Shown in pieces: positions 10,331-20,471 of a stretch of 64,000 bases of DNA. The notes under the pieces are model-generated. The model was not told where the DNA came from and searched no databases. It saw nothing but the letters and a program-made list of their open reading frames with translations. The stretch is taken from positions 1-64,000 of the IMG/VR virus record IMGVR_UViG_3300037010_001275; one strand, written 5' to 3'. Source of the stretch: a virus. A program made the translations under genes and the position numbers. The stretch's first letter is position 1. Each line of letters starts with the position of its first letter.

Positions 10331-10966
10331 CTATGCCCTGAAGTTCGAGAACATCCAGATCGTGTTGAGGAACGCGGAGTCCTCATGGATGAGACGCTGG
10401 ATGCCTTCGATGGTCGAGACAAGCTCTACATCACCACCGAGTGCGTAAGTTCGAAGGTCATCGTTTGATGCAAGCATCACGGCACGGACGGCACCGTTCT
10501 GGTCGCGAAAAACAACGAAGCGAAGATTGCTTCTGAGAAGCGACTTCAAGATATTCTCAGGAGTCATCTCGAACGGGAGCGGGATCTGATCTGGTTCTTT
10601 TTCGATTCGCTCGAGTTTTTGCTCTTTTCTCGAATTAGTAGACTTAGAGTCCTCCTCAGTTCCGCTGCGCTTACGCTCGAAGAGGTAGTAGTGCAAGGTA
10701 CATCCACCCTCCGGGACTCCCGCCAGATCACCTTCCTCGATCTGGTAGTTCTTCGTCATTCGCTTTAGGAGGCGAGGGCGAAAGTAGATTAAATTCTTCG
10801 CCTTCTTCATGGATGGAAAACTAACCCCGTAGTACAACTTCTCAATGTACTTTGGTTTGTCCTTCAGGTACTCTGCAATCTCATTAATAACGATTGCAGG
10901 TGTCTTGTCAGAACGATGGACCAGCTCATGGATCGCGTCGCTCACAAACAAACGGTAGTGTTTCAT
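10331..10966 (-). CDS. Hypothetical protein
   Basis: 211-aa ORF downstream of an ATATATAAT motif. Confidence 0.6.
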   Translation of the reverse strand: MKHYRLFVSDAIHELVHRSDKTPAIVINEIAEYLKDKPKYIEKLYYGVSFPSMKKAKNLIYFRPRLLKRMTKNYQIEEGDLAGVPEGGCTLHYYLFERKRSGTEEDSKSTNSRKEQKLERIEKEPDQIPLPFEMTPENILKSLLRSNLRFVVFRDQNGAVRAVMLASNDDLRTYALGGDVELVSTIEGIQRLIHEDSAFLNTIWMFSNFRA

Positions 10967-11107
10967 GCTGGCATCCTCAAAATTGGTTACTGAAAGCGCA
11001 ATGCTGTAACGCTTTCAAACCTATTATATATTAATGACGGGTGCGTAAAAATTCATCAACTCAATATTAATTCACCTATCGGAGACCGCCATCTGGCGGA
11101 AAAAGTA

Positions 11108-11596
11108 ATGAATATCATGCAGAGAAGATCTGTCGAGCTGCTCGACAGCGATCGCAAGCTGGAGCTTGTGAGGCGACGTGTTGAAATCGTCGTCGTCAGA
11201 GATAACAAGGTGCTCGTGGGCCGGTATCTCCGGCGAACTACAGGCGACACTTTCTATAGCCTGCCTGGAGGCGGGATCGAGATTGGAGAAACGCCGGAGC
11301 AAGCGGTCCACCGGGAACTGCTTGAGGAGATGGGCGTTGTCGTTAAGAACGTCCGCGACCTGAACCTTGTGATGAACTTTCCGCCGCCGTACTTCATCTC
11401 AAACTACAGATACGACAAGATCGTGACTGAGTGGTACTCAGCGTCTTATACCAAGGAGGATTTGTCGTCTTTCAACTCGGCCCGAGACGGAAGCATTGAG
11501 AAACTGTGGCTTAACAAGAAGACGGCTCTCGAATACATCAATGACAGCCTCTATGCGAGGGGGTCAATTCGCGCCATCGAGCGTGTTCTGAGATAA
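11108..11596 (+). CDS. NUDIX hydrolase
   Basis: Nudix box GGGIEIGETPEQAVHRELLEEMG. Confidence 0.9.
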   Translation: MNIMQRRSVELLDSDRKLELVRRRVEIVVVRDNKVLVGRYLRRTTGDTFYSLPGGGIEIGETPEQAVHRELLEEMGVVVKNVRDLNLVMNFPPPYFISNYRYDKIVTEWYSASYTKEDLSSFNSARDGSIEKLWLNKKTALEYINDSLYARGSIRAIERVLR

Positions 11597-11605
11597 AAAA
11601 AAAAG

Positions 11606-11633
11606 GAGCTACGGGGACGAACCCCCGTAGCTC
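11606..11633. terminator. Terminator hairpin between convergent genes
   Basis: GAGCTACGGGG/CCCCGTAGCTC with adjacent A run. Confidence 0.75.
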
Positions 11634-11642
11634 TAATTTATT

Positions 11643-11945
11643 TCATCCGAAGAACTGGTGCATCTCGCGCTTCAGTCTGCTCAATCCGCCGTGCACCATC
11701 ATGAACTTGGTGTCTGGCGACAGCCCTTCTTTCACCGCGTCTTGTACCTTGTGAGAGATGAACTTCGTCATCAGGACGATCACGTCGGCGACCTTCGTAA
11801 CTTCTTGAAATCGGGAGGAGTTGCAACTACTCGTAAAGAAACGAAGGTCCAGCTTGTCGCCGAACTCCTTCTCCAGCACATGCAGCTGGCTGCCCTTATT
11901 GAGTCCTATTACCGCTACACGTAGCTTTTTCTGGTTGGGCATCAC
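11643..11945 (-). CDS. DUF2325-like protein
   Basis: VAVIG...ADVIVLMTKFISH pattern typical of DUF2325. Confidence 0.6.
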   Translation of the reverse strand: MMPNQKKLRVAVIGLNKGSQLHVLEKEFGDKLDLRFFTSSCNSSRFQEVTKVADVIVLMTKFISHKVQDAVKEGLSPDTKFMMVHGGLSRLKREMHQFFG

Positions 11946-11978
11946 GTAAGTGGGACGGATTGACCCGCCCCACTCTCC

Positions 11979-14378
11979 CTAATACGATAACTGCTCACGG
12001 TCGAGGTTGTCAAACACCTCGTCCATGAACTGCTTGCGGAAGTCGACGCGGTTGGAGTTCATGAAGCAGTTTACCACTTCCTTAGCCTCCTCTATATTGT
12101 CGATAGTAACACGCACGAGCTCTCGGTGCTCCGGGTCCAGCGTCGTCTCCCAAAGCTCCTGAGCGTTCGCCTCGCCTAAACCCTTGAAGCGCAGCACGTT
12201 GTATTGCTTGTTCAGCATAATGTTGATCAGATCGATCTTGCCATATAGTGTACTAGTGGAGATTTCCTTACCATCGGCCCGAACGATCTCGACGCTCCCG
12301 GCCAGCTCCGCCAGCTTCACCTGTATCTCTTCGAGTCCCATAAGAAACTCCTCCGCGTTCTCGTTCACCACAGCGAGAAAACACTCTTCCTTGGTGTCTT
12401 TGTCACGGTAAAAGCCGACGATGCTCACTTTGTCATCATCGACCGTATACGAGATTTTCTTCTTGTCAAAGCCGAAGTCATAAGTCTCGGGGTCGAAATT
12501 GTTGAGCAGTGCCAGCTCATAGATATGCGGCTCAATCCGGTATTTTCCAGCCTGCTTCTCTAGCTCCCGGCAGTATTCGCGCAGTTCGTGGAAAAGCTTA
12601 CGCTTCGCCTTCGAGGCCGTTACCTGCTTCCCGTCGAGATAGAACTCGAACGTCTTCTCTGCCTCAGCGAGAAAGAAGTTGTCAAGATCAGTCGTAGTCT
12701 TCAGGTAGATTGGCTTCTTGCCGGACGCGGTAAGCCGGTATAGTGGCGGACGAGCGAAATACAGCTTACCAGCTGCTACCAACGGCTCAAAGAGTTCGAG
12801 GTAGTTGGTCAGCATAAGTAACTGGATGTGACTACCATCGTCGTCGGCGTCGGAGGCGACGATGATTTTATCAAATCGGCATTTATCGATGTCGATTGCA
12901 CCACGGATACCACACCGCATAATCGAGATTAAGTCGGAGAGCTCCTTATTCTTGTAGATCTTCTCGTCGTCGACACCGAGAGCATTCAGTGGTTTACCTT
13001 TCAGCTCGTAAACGGCCTGATAATCCTTGGCGCGTCCGTCGCAGACCGTACCAGCTGCCGAGGAACCCTCGACGATGAACAACTCGTTCTTGCTCGGGTC
13101 GTCCTCAAGACAGTCCGAAAACTTGCTGATACTGTTGAGGGATGACAGAAAGCCACCAGACTCCTTCTTGACGTTGTCTAGAGCACGCTTTGAGGCGATA
13201 CGTGCACGGGCCGTGAGAGCAAACCGCTCGGCCAGACGCTTCATCTCCTTGCCATTGCGGTCCAACCAGTCCTTCACACCTTTCGAGGCCACGGAGAAGA
13301 CTGAGCCGTTGACCTCATTGTTGGTGAGGCGCTGCTTTGTTTGCGTGGCATACTTCGGGTTCAAGACGAACACAGACACAATGGCGACGAGACCATTGAA
13401 GACGTCGTCATTTTCGATGGCTTCCTTGCATAGCTTGTTCGTCTTGACGTAGTCGGTGAAGTACTGTGATAATGCTCGCTTCAGACCGGTAACATGCACG
13501 CCGTGCTCGCCGGTTCGGATCGTGTTGCAAAACGAGTGTATCTCCTCGTCCTTGAAGTTCGGGGTCCAAGTAAAAGAGATCTCTACCTTAACGTCCTTGT
13601 CCACACCGTTGATAACGATGGGCTTCACGATCTGAGCATTCTGGTCGACAAACTCTTTCAGAAACTCTGATGTTCCATATTCAAAGCGCCAGTGCATGAC
13701 TTTCGATGACGCATTCAAGTCCGGCTTGTAGGTGATCTCGAGGCCGTTGTTGAGGTATGCTGTCTCGCGTAGGAGCTTAATAACCTCTTCATCACTGACA
13801 TAGCCCTCGAAGAGTGTGTCATCCAACTCGAAGTTGACGCTGGTCCCGGACTTGTAGCCCTTGGCCGGCTTGACATCCTTGTCGACCTTGAGGTCCTGCT
13901 TGATGCCCTTGGCGAAGACGATACGGCCTTCGGTGGTGTCACGACGAGATGTCACGATGAACTCCGAAGAGACTGCGTTAACGCAGGACGCACCCACACC
14001 ATTCAGACCAGTGGTATACTCAGTCTTTGCCGAGTCGAAGTTCCGGCCAGAGTGTAGTTCGCCAAAAATGACCTCGAGAGCATTCTTCTTGGAATCCTTG
14101 TGAATGTCGAACGGGACACCACGACCATTATCGGTGACAATAAACTCACGCTCGGATACCCGCACTACGTTAATCATTGTGCAGAAGCCTCGCAGAAACT
14201 CGTCCACGGAATTGTTCACGATCTCACGGAGGCAGGTCAGCGAGCCGTACTCATCTAGGTTCGACAGGTAGATCTGTGGGCGGGTCCGGACGTTCTCCGG
14301 GAACGGTAGTTGTTTGATATCGTCTGACGTGTAGTCAGCAGCTTTCTTAGCCACAGTTGCTTGTTTTACTTTTGCCAT
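11979..14378 (-). CDS. gyrB: Type IIA topoisomerase / DNA gyrase subunit B
   Basis: GHKL motifs EIVNNSVDE, DNGRGVP, GLNGVGAS. Toprim motifs VEGSSA, LKGKPLN, DADDDG. RFKGLGE. Confidence 0.95.
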   Translation of the reverse strand: MAKVKQATVAKKAADYTSDDIKQLPFPENVRTRPQIYLSNLDEYGSLTCLREIVNNSVDEFLRGFCTMINVVRVSEREFIVTDNGRGVPFDIHKDSKKNALEVIFGELHSGRNFDSAKTEYTTGLNGVGASCVNAVSSEFIVTSRRDTTEGRIVFAKGIKQDLKVDKDVKPAKGYKSGTSVNFELDDTLFEGYVSDEEVIKLLRETAYLNNGLEITYKPDLNASSKVMHWRFEYGTSEFLKEFVDQNAQIVKPIVINGVDKDVKVEISFTWTPNFKDEEIHSFCNTIRTGEHGVHVTGLKRALSQYFTDYVKTNKLCKEAIENDDVFNGLVAIVSVFVLNPKYATQTKQRLTNNEVNGSVFSVASKGVKDWLDRNGKEMKRLAERFALTARARIASKRALDNVKKESGGFLSSLNSISKFSDCLEDDPSKNELFIVEGSSAAGTVCDGRAKDYQAVYELKGKPLNALGVDDEKIYKNKELSDLISIMRCGIRGAIDIDKCRFDKIIVASDADDDGSHIQLLMLTNYLELFEPLVAAGKLYFARPPLYRLTASGKKPIYLKTTTDLDNFFLAEAEKTFEFYLDGKQVTASKAKRKLFHELREYCRELEKQAGKYRIEPHIYELALLNNFDPETYDFGFDKKKISYTVDDDKVSIVGFYRDKDTKEECFLAVVNENAEEFLMGLEEIQVKLAELAGSVEIVRADGKEISTSTLYGKIDLINIMLNKQYNVLRFKGLGEANAQELWETTLDPEHRELVRVTIDNIEEAKEVVNCFMNSNRVDFRKQFMDEVFDNLDREQLSY

Positions 14379-14396
14379 TTTCTTCCTTTCAGCTAG

Positions 14397-14732
14397 TTAG
14401 GAACACAGAATTTTCTTACGGTGATCATCGATGTCTCGAGTGAACCATCTAGTCACTTGTGTCATCTCAGAGAATGTTGTCTCAGTAACCTCTTTGTAGG
14501 AGTTGATTTGTACGCATGGGCTCGTACTGCCGTTGTGGAAATAAAAGACGTTATCGTCTTGGACAGTAAAGTGTCCATACCACTTGGAGAGAATATCATC
14601 CAGCGCCACAGAGATGAACTTCTCGACCTCTTCATCCTTGCAGCAGATACAGAGCATCACGACCGACTGGAAGGTATTTTCACCGTCCTTCTCGATCAGG
14701 GAGACGGCATAGTGATGGTTCCGCTTACCCAT
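14397..14732 (-). CDS. Small acidic protein, paralogue 3 of tandem triplet
   Basis: Shares WYG...YKEV/IT...D.RKK.LCS with 15126-15461. Confidence 0.7.
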   Translation of the reverse strand: MGKRNHHYAVSLIEKDGENTFQSVVMLCICCKDEEVEKFISVALDDILSKWYGHFTVQDDNVFYFHNGSTSPCVQINSYKEVTETTFSEMTQVTRWFTRDIDDHRKKILCS

Positions 14733-15135
14733 CTCCGTTCCCCTTAAGAACGGCTCTGCGTACGAGATCGATGTCGTACTCGATCTTCGGTATCAATGAT
14801 ATATCGTCGAAGGTCGTGTCGGAGACTGACTCATACCCATCGAGCGATGCAGTGCTGTCTCGGTCATTCACATAGTGCCAACTGTAAGGGGTCTCCAAGT
14901 CCTGTTCAGCCTCCACATAGAGGTTCTTGAAGTATTCCGTCAATGCGTAGTCGAGTAGCTCATCAACTTCATTGTCCTTGCACCAGAGTCGAAAGAGCTG
15001 AAAAACGTCTGACGTACCCAAATCGCCTGAGTAGTAGACGTGGAACTTTGCCAAAAGACAGAAGGATTTTTTACTTATATTGGCATCTGTACTGTCATGT
15101 TCAATCGATGTAGTGCTCCCCTTCTCTACGAGCAT
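14725..15135 (-). CDS. Small acidic protein, paralogue 2 of tandem triplet
   Basis: More diverged copy (YESVSDTTF...DIDLVRRAVL). Overlaps both neighbours. Confidence 0.65.
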   Translation of the reverse strand: MLVEKGSTTSIEHDSTDANISKKSFCLLAKFHVYYSGDLGTSDVFQLFRLWCKDNEVDELLDYALTEYFKNLYVEAEQDLETPYSWHYVNDRDSTASLDGYESVSDTTFDDISLIPKIEYDIDLVRRAVLKGNGDG

Positions 15136-15461
15136 AGCACCTTCTTCCGAATCTCATCAGTGTCAAATTGATAATCGTGCACTATGTCTGCGATAGCTTC
15201 GTAGACCTCCTCAGTGATCTCCTTATATTTGAACATCTCGATCGACATTGATCCATCAGCATTTTCATACCAGGAGCCTTCCTCCATACACTCTGTAGGT
15301 TCGCCATACCAGTTCGACATGATGCTGTCCACACAGGCATCAATGACCTTATCTGGATCTTCATAATTATCAGCAACGACTTTGACCCTACAGACAGTGT
15401 AGAACTCTGTTTCTCCAAAGTTTTCCTTCAGCTTCAGTAAGTAGTAAAGTGTTTTCTTCAT
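15126..15461 (-). CDS. Small acidic protein, paralogue 1 of tandem triplet
   Basis: First gene after ATATATAAT at 15503-15511. Confidence 0.7.
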   Translation of the reverse strand: MKKTLYYLLKLKENFGETEFYTVCRVKVVADNYEDPDKVIDACVDSIMSNWYGEPTECMEEGSWYENADGSMSIEMFKYKEITEEVYEAIADIVHDYQFDTDEIRKKVLCS

Positions 15462-15577
15462 GCATTCGCTCCTGCTCCGCGCTTCAAATATTTATTAATA
15501 ATATTATATATAAAAAGAACCGGAAGGTCCGAGAAACGTCTTAACAGCTTACATCAAGACGTTTCTATATTTGATTC

Positions 15578-16036
15578 TCAGAGGACTGGGACATCTATCT
15601 GGAAGAGGTGATCGTAGACCTTCAACAGACCTTCAATGTGCCTCCACTGAATCCAGTATGGCTCTTTTCTCGTCCACTTCGGAACCCTCGGTGCTGGTTT
15701 GTAGGTCTGGAAGATCTTATTGCTGAAGACGGTGTTATAGATGACGCACTCTACCTCGCCAGAGAGACGAAGAAGCTGCGCCTGCTTCTTGTGGGCCAGA
15801 GCGATCTCTTTGTCTGTCATCTGAGGGTGTTTCCCATAGTGCTCTTCGATGAACTCGTAAAAGGCATCGAGAACATCGAGCTGATTGTTGAGCTCCTCAA
15901 CCACGTCTTGAAGGGCGCTGAGCATGACATCGTTCAGTTCAACTTGGCGTAGTCCGAAGAGCTTGAACGAGGGCTTCAGAGAACGGAGTGTTTGGGCGCT
16001 GTCATCGACCCGCGAGCAGAGCTTGGATAACTTCAT
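15578..16036 (-). CDS. Hypothetical protein
   Basis: ORF with AGGAG SD. Confidence 0.6.
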   Translation of the reverse strand: MKLSKLCSRVDDSAQTLRSLKPSFKLFGLRQVELNDVMLSALQDVVEELNNQLDVLDAFYEFIEEHYGKHPQMTDKEIALAHKKQAQLLRLSGEVECVIYNTVFSNKIFQTYKPAPRVPKWTRKEPYWIQWRHIEGLLKVYDHLFQIDVPVL

Positions 16037-16081
16037 AATTTCTCCTAAGAGTTACGAAGGGGCTCCATGCCCCTCCGAGTT

Positions 16082-17338
16082 TCAGTCTTCATCCGGGTCA
16101 AACTCGACCACGGAGCCAAACGGAAACTTGTCGGCGGGCAGGCAGCCCTTCAATACGACCCAGACGACCTCGAAGTCTGGCGGGATTTGCGGAAAGGCTC
16201 CCCACCCGTCAGTACAGTAGACCATGATGCGGCAGTTCGGCATGTGTTCGTTAACGTACTCGATTGCTGGGATGAACGAGGTGCCACCTCCGCCGCTACC
16301 CTTTGGTGTATTACTCTGGAAGTCTTCACCGACGGTATAGTGGTAGACCGCGTCGACCGCCGCATCGGCTTCGATCAGCGTCAGGTCATAGCTGTCAAAA
16401 CTGTTGAAGATGTGTTGTAGCTCACCATAGACCTTCGGCAGGTATCGCACCATCGAGCCGGATGTGTCCGCCGCTACGGCGAATTCTACGTGTTCACCCT
16501 GCACTGAAGGCATGATCATGTTGAGATGAAAGAATCGTTTGTTCGGCGGATTCATCTGATAAACACTCTTGAACATATTCATCACATGATTCGCGAGCAA
16601 CTCCCGCCAATCGATCTTTGGCTCGGTAGTGATCATTTTCTCGAGTAGTCTCATGGACGCAGGAAGGTTGCCCTGGTTTTGTTGCTTCATGGAGATCAAT
16701 TCTTTCTCCATACGGTTCTTCCACTGGCTTTCGTTCTTCTTGGCCTCTGCATCACCGATCATATTTTTCAGCTGCTCGGGCGGTAGGTGGTCGTCGACGA
16801 GGCCACCATTCGGAATCTGCGGCATCAATCCCTGCCCTCCGCCTGGCATAGAGATCTTCTTCCAACCTTTGCTCTCCTTGACGAGATCGGCATAGACCTG
16901 CTCTACTGTCATGCCGTCATACTTGACGTTGAAGAGGGCGTGTTCTGGCATCTTCATGAAGACCTTCTTGCGGGCAGCGACAGTCTCATCAATCACATTC
17001 TTGAGTAGACCATTCACAACGTAGTCGGCAGCGATATTCCACAGTGAAATCGGCGTGCCGTCGCTGCTCAGGACTATGATGTTACGGTCACCTATGCGGT
17101 ACGGATTACAGTGACCGAGGGCGGCGTGCAGGACCTCGTGGGCAATAAGGAACGTGTTTTCCTCCTCCGTGTTTTTATTCACGAAGTCAGAATTGTAGTA
17201 CAGATTTTTGGAGTCAGTTGTCATCGTCTTAATGCTATTTCTTTCCACCCGGTGCAGCCCGCATGCGAGGCTGCCGAATAGGCGGTAGGAGAAAAGCATC
17301 CGGAAAATGGCCTTCTTAAGTTGTTCCTCGATCGTCAT
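16082..17338 (-). CDS. DUF2201-type metallopeptidase-like plus vWA domain protein
   Basis: HEVLH (HExxH), WNIAADY, MIDAS DTSGSM, GGGGTSF, TDGWG. Confidence 0.88.
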   Translation of the reverse strand: MTIEEQLKKAIFRMLFSYRLFGSLACGLHRVERNSIKTMTTDSKNLYYNSDFVNKNTEEENTFLIAHEVLHAALGHCNPYRIGDRNIIVLSSDGTPISLWNIAADYVVNGLLKNVIDETVAARKKVFMKMPEHALFNVKYDGMTVEQVYADLVKESKGWKKISMPGGGQGLMPQIPNGGLVDDHLPPEQLKNMIGDAEAKKNESQWKNRMEKELISMKQQNQGNLPASMRLLEKMITTEPKIDWRELLANHVMNMFKSVYQMNPPNKRFFHLNMIMPSVQGEHVEFAVAADTSGSMVRYLPKVYGELQHIFNSFDSYDLTLIEADAAVDAVYHYTVGEDFQSNTPKGSGGGGTSFIPAIEYVNEHMPNCRIMVYCTDGWGAFPQIPPDFEVVWVVLKGCLPADKFPFGSVVEFDPDED

Positions 17339-18672
17339 TTATTTCTCCTGAGTTCGTAGTAAGTTGTAATAAGGGTTTGCAGTACGTAATCGCTAATAAC
17401 AAGATGATTGTGGCTCGTGTTGTTGATGAGCTTCATCCGGTTTTGGATGGCTGTGTCAAGCCTTACGATGATGGAATCACCGAGCATTCCGCTGTCGCGG
17501 GCGGCAATCAGTTTCATACAGAGTGGTCGTAGGGTCTGGTCGACCGACATGTTGTAGACCATCAGACTCGGGGTCTGGATTATAGTCTCGATGTTGGTCA
17601 TCGGGTCGCCAGACAGAGTTATGATGAGGCTCATAATCTTCCGCTCCGAATTCGTGTCCAGACTCGAGGAGACCTCCTTCAAGCTAATAATCTTCTGTGC
17701 GGCGTAGGACTCCGGCTTTACTAGCCCTCCGAGCGTCGTGATGATCTGTGTCGTCAATCCCATCATCGAGAAGGCCTCGACGTACGGACGCAACGTCTGG
17801 TCATTGGTGCTAAAGCGGAAGGCAGCTGTTAGGTCTTTCATGACGGATACCGCGCATCCGATCACTTCATCAACACAGTACGCGTTTGACGGCTCCGAGA
17901 TTGCCGTGTTCTGCTGGATCATATTAAGGAGGTGATACGTGACTGACTTACCAAACCTGTCGTATCCATAGACCAGATCTGTCTCGTTCTGACCGAAGTA
18001 CCTCATCGAAATGTAGTCCTTCCACCAGTACGCCAGATCTGAGATTCTCTCAGCGTTGCCGACCCAGCCCCCTAGTGCCAGCCCGAGGAAGAATGTGAAC
18101 GATGGATCCATTGATTTGACGATCGCTGTTATTCCGCCATTCTTGCTGGTCCTTTTCTTGTAGATTGAAAGGTTCCGGTAGCACTCTTGGAAGCATATGT
18201 CTGCGCACAGGTTAAGCAGATGCTTACGTGCTTCCCAGCCTAGCCCAATTTTGCTGCGAATATCATTGATAAAACCGGCACTTTCGGCGTCAAGATACGA
18301 CGTCCAAGTCTCCCGGCGCATGACATGTGAATAGAAGTCCGAAAGGATACCCCCAGCGGTGTGATATTTCTTCTTGAGCTGTTTTACCTGATGGCTCGGC
18401 ACATTCAGGTCGACATCGCCGGATCGCAGAAGCAGGTTCAGTGTCAGCATATTCAGCCGGTACAGATTGAATTCTGTAATCTCCCAAGCTTCCATGCGCT
18501 GGCTCTCGTTGAGCATCGTCAGACTTGGGATCGATAACACGACATTGTCCGGCGTCAGGTCCTTTCCGTACTGACGTTTGAGGAAGGTGTAGACCTTGTT
18601 GAAGTCATTCGACAACATGAAGTCTAAATCCTGCAGAAGGCAGAACCCTATGGCGTCTTGAATTATGTTCAT
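17335..18672 (-). CDS. Hypothetical protein within the AAA/vWA operon
   Basis: 445-aa ORF with ATGA overlap to the vWA gene. Confidence 0.7.
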   Translation of the reverse strand: MNIIQDAIGFCLLQDLDFMLSNDFNKVYTFLKRQYGKDLTPDNVVLSIPSLTMLNESQRMEAWEITEFNLYRLNMLTLNLLLRSGDVDLNVPSHQVKQLKKKYHTAGGILSDFYSHVMRRETWTSYLDAESAGFINDIRSKIGLGWEARKHLLNLCADICFQECYRNLSIYKKRTSKNGGITAIVKSMDPSFTFFLGLALGGWVGNAERISDLAYWWKDYISMRYFGQNETDLVYGYDRFGKSVTYHLLNMIQQNTAISEPSNAYCVDEVIGCAVSVMKDLTAAFRFSTNDQTLRPYVEAFSMMGLTTQIITTLGGLVKPESYAAQKIISLKEVSSSLDTNSERKIMSLIITLSGDPMTNIETIIQTPSLMVYNMSVDQTLRPLCMKLIAARDSGMLGDSIIVRLDTAIQNRMKLINNTSHNHLVISDYVLQTLITTYYELRRNK

Positions 18673-18687
18673 TCTTACTCCAAAAAA

Positions 18688-18719
18688 ATAGGACGAAGCC
18701 TTAGTAGGCTTCGTCCTAT
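18688..18719 (-). terminator. Intra-operon terminator
   Basis: 14-bp stem ATAGGACGAAGCCT/AGGCTTCGTCCTAT followed by a U run on the minus strand. Confidence 0.7.
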
Positions 18720-18723
18720 GCGG

Positions 18724-19803
18724 TTACGCGAGAGGCAACAAGTGCTTGATCTGCGAATAGAAGCATTCGAAGGCTTGCTTCACCTTCTCGCTCTTTGCTC
18801 CGATGATTGGTAACTTGTTACCAGTAAACTCCTTGAAAGAGGCAACACGGATCTCCTCCGTTGGAATCCGCTCGAGGTAGCGGTACACGGCGAGAAGTTG
18901 CTCCTCCGTTGGGGCCTTCTTCTGGTTTTGGAAGAAGTACACGAGAGCCGTGTTGATACCGTAGATTGCTGACAGGTCGCTCGGTAGAGTGTATTCTTTG
19001 TCCATGTCGAGGAGCGTCTGAGTATCTACGACGCCGTTAAGCAATTCACGATACGCCCAAAAGTCGATGCCAGCACCCTCGCCCACGGTACCGAAAATCG
19101 TCTCGCGCATCTCATCCGGTGGCAGATTCAAGCCCAGTACCATTGAGGTGTATTCCCAAGTACGTGGAGAAGGGAAAGCCTTGCTCTTCGAGTTCGGATC
19201 GAATTTGTGGAGTAGGTCTTCGCGGAATGACAGAAAGCCGAGAACCGACTTGTCGATACCTTCCTTGTACGCCCACGGCTTCCACTTTTCGAGGCTGATG
19301 TCAAGGTCGAGGTGGATCATCCGGTTAGCTAGTGGTGCAGCCATCTTGAAAACGACACCCTTGTCCGTCTCGCGATTTCCGGCACATACGAGTGCGGCAC
19401 CTTCCGGCAGAGTGTAATCACCAATTTTGCGGTCCAATACGAGCTGATAAGCGGCAGCCTGAATTAGCGGCGGTGCACTGGTCAGCTCGTCGAGCATGAT
19501 GACCCCACACCAATCTTGGTTGGTTGGAAGCATTGCGGGTGGGAGCCAGATCGCCTTGCCGGTCTTCGGGTTCGGGTATAAAATACCACGCAGATCAGAG
19601 GGCTCTAGCTGGCTGAGACGGATGTCGACGTGGTGGAAGACGAACTCGTTGTCTTCGGTCGTCTCGCGCAGCTCCTCGGTTATTTCGTCTGCGATTTGAC
19701 GTACAATCGAGCTCTTACCGCCGCCAGCGGCACCCCATACACCGACGGGGATCTTATTCATGATGAGCTCTTTCAGGGTCAGTTTCAGGGAATCGATAAA
19801 CAT
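18724..19803 (-). CDS. MoxR-like AAA+ ATPase
   Basis: Walker A GAAGGGKS, Walker B MLDE, AGNR, PLANR, FPSPRTW. Confidence 0.9.
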   Translation of the reverse strand: MFIDSLKLTLKELIMNKIPVGVWGAAGGGKSSIVRQIADEITEELRETTEDNEFVFHHVDIRLSQLEPSDLRGILYPNPKTGKAIWLPPAMLPTNQDWCGVIMLDELTSAPPLIQAAAYQLVLDRKIGDYTLPEGAALVCAGNRETDKGVVFKMAAPLANRMIHLDLDISLEKWKPWAYKEGIDKSVLGFLSFREDLLHKFDPNSKSKAFPSPRTWEYTSMVLGLNLPPDEMRETIFGTVGEGAGIDFWAYRELLNGVVDTQTLLDMDKEYTLPSDLSAIYGINTALVYFFQNQKKAPTEEQLLAVYRYLERIPTEEIRVASFKEFTGNKLPIIGAKSEKVKQAFECFYSQIKHLLPLA

Positions 19804-19984
19804 AATTGATGGTCCTCTCAAAGGAATAGTGGTCTTTTAGCGGTGATGAAACACTCTCCATCACCAATTATATCATATATCTGTATTAGAAGCATCAAAA
19901 GTACCACGAAAATAGGTGTTCAAGTGTTCTTGAAAGCTGAACGCGTCATTAATTTATACTCTCTCTTCACATGGTGAGAAGAAA

Positions 19985-20188
19985 ATGTCGAGATTCTACC
20001 ATGACATATCGACTGCCTCGGCCACGGAGACACCAACGATGGGGGAAATCATGACCGAACTCAATAGAGACGTACTCGGCTATGGAACCAATGATGAGGC
20101 CCTGATGTCTCTAGCCCCTAGTGGGATTATTCCCGATGTCTACACACAGGTCGAGGTAAAAGAAAAGGTATTGTTACTCGCGGGATAA
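19985..20188 (+). CDS. Small hypothetical late protein
   Basis: Follows AACG-N6-TA motif at 19940. Confidence 0.45.
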   Translation: MSRFYHDISTASATETPTMGEIMTELNRDVLGYGTNDEALMSLAPSGIIPDVYTQVEVKEKVLLLAG

Positions 20189-20190
20189 CC

Positions 20191-20459
20191 ATGTCTGCCA
20201 AGAACATAGTTGTCGTCTATACGTACTCGTTCTGGAAGTCATCCCTCCGTTGGAAGGTAGTTCACGGATTGAATACCACGGATTTCGTAGTGAATATAAA
20301 GAATAAAGAAGGCGACACAGTTTTCACGAGCACTAAAACATTAAAGTAATTGATGGTATTGAATTTTGGGTCGAGTTCATGGAGGCAACTTCCGGGAAGA
20401 TCGCAGTCGCATTCGACCTTGTCCAGTCTATCAACGATTTCACGTCATATCAACTCTAA
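20191..20459 (+). pseudogene. Frameshifted small virion protein (HGLN domain)
   Basis: Frame 0 reads MSAK...WKVVHGLNTTDFVVNI...LK* (stop 20349). The -1 frame continues IKVIDGIEFWVEFMEATSGKIAVAF. Together they resemble the C-terminal domain of the next gene. Confidence 0.65.
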
Positions 20460-20471
20460 GGAAGATCAATC

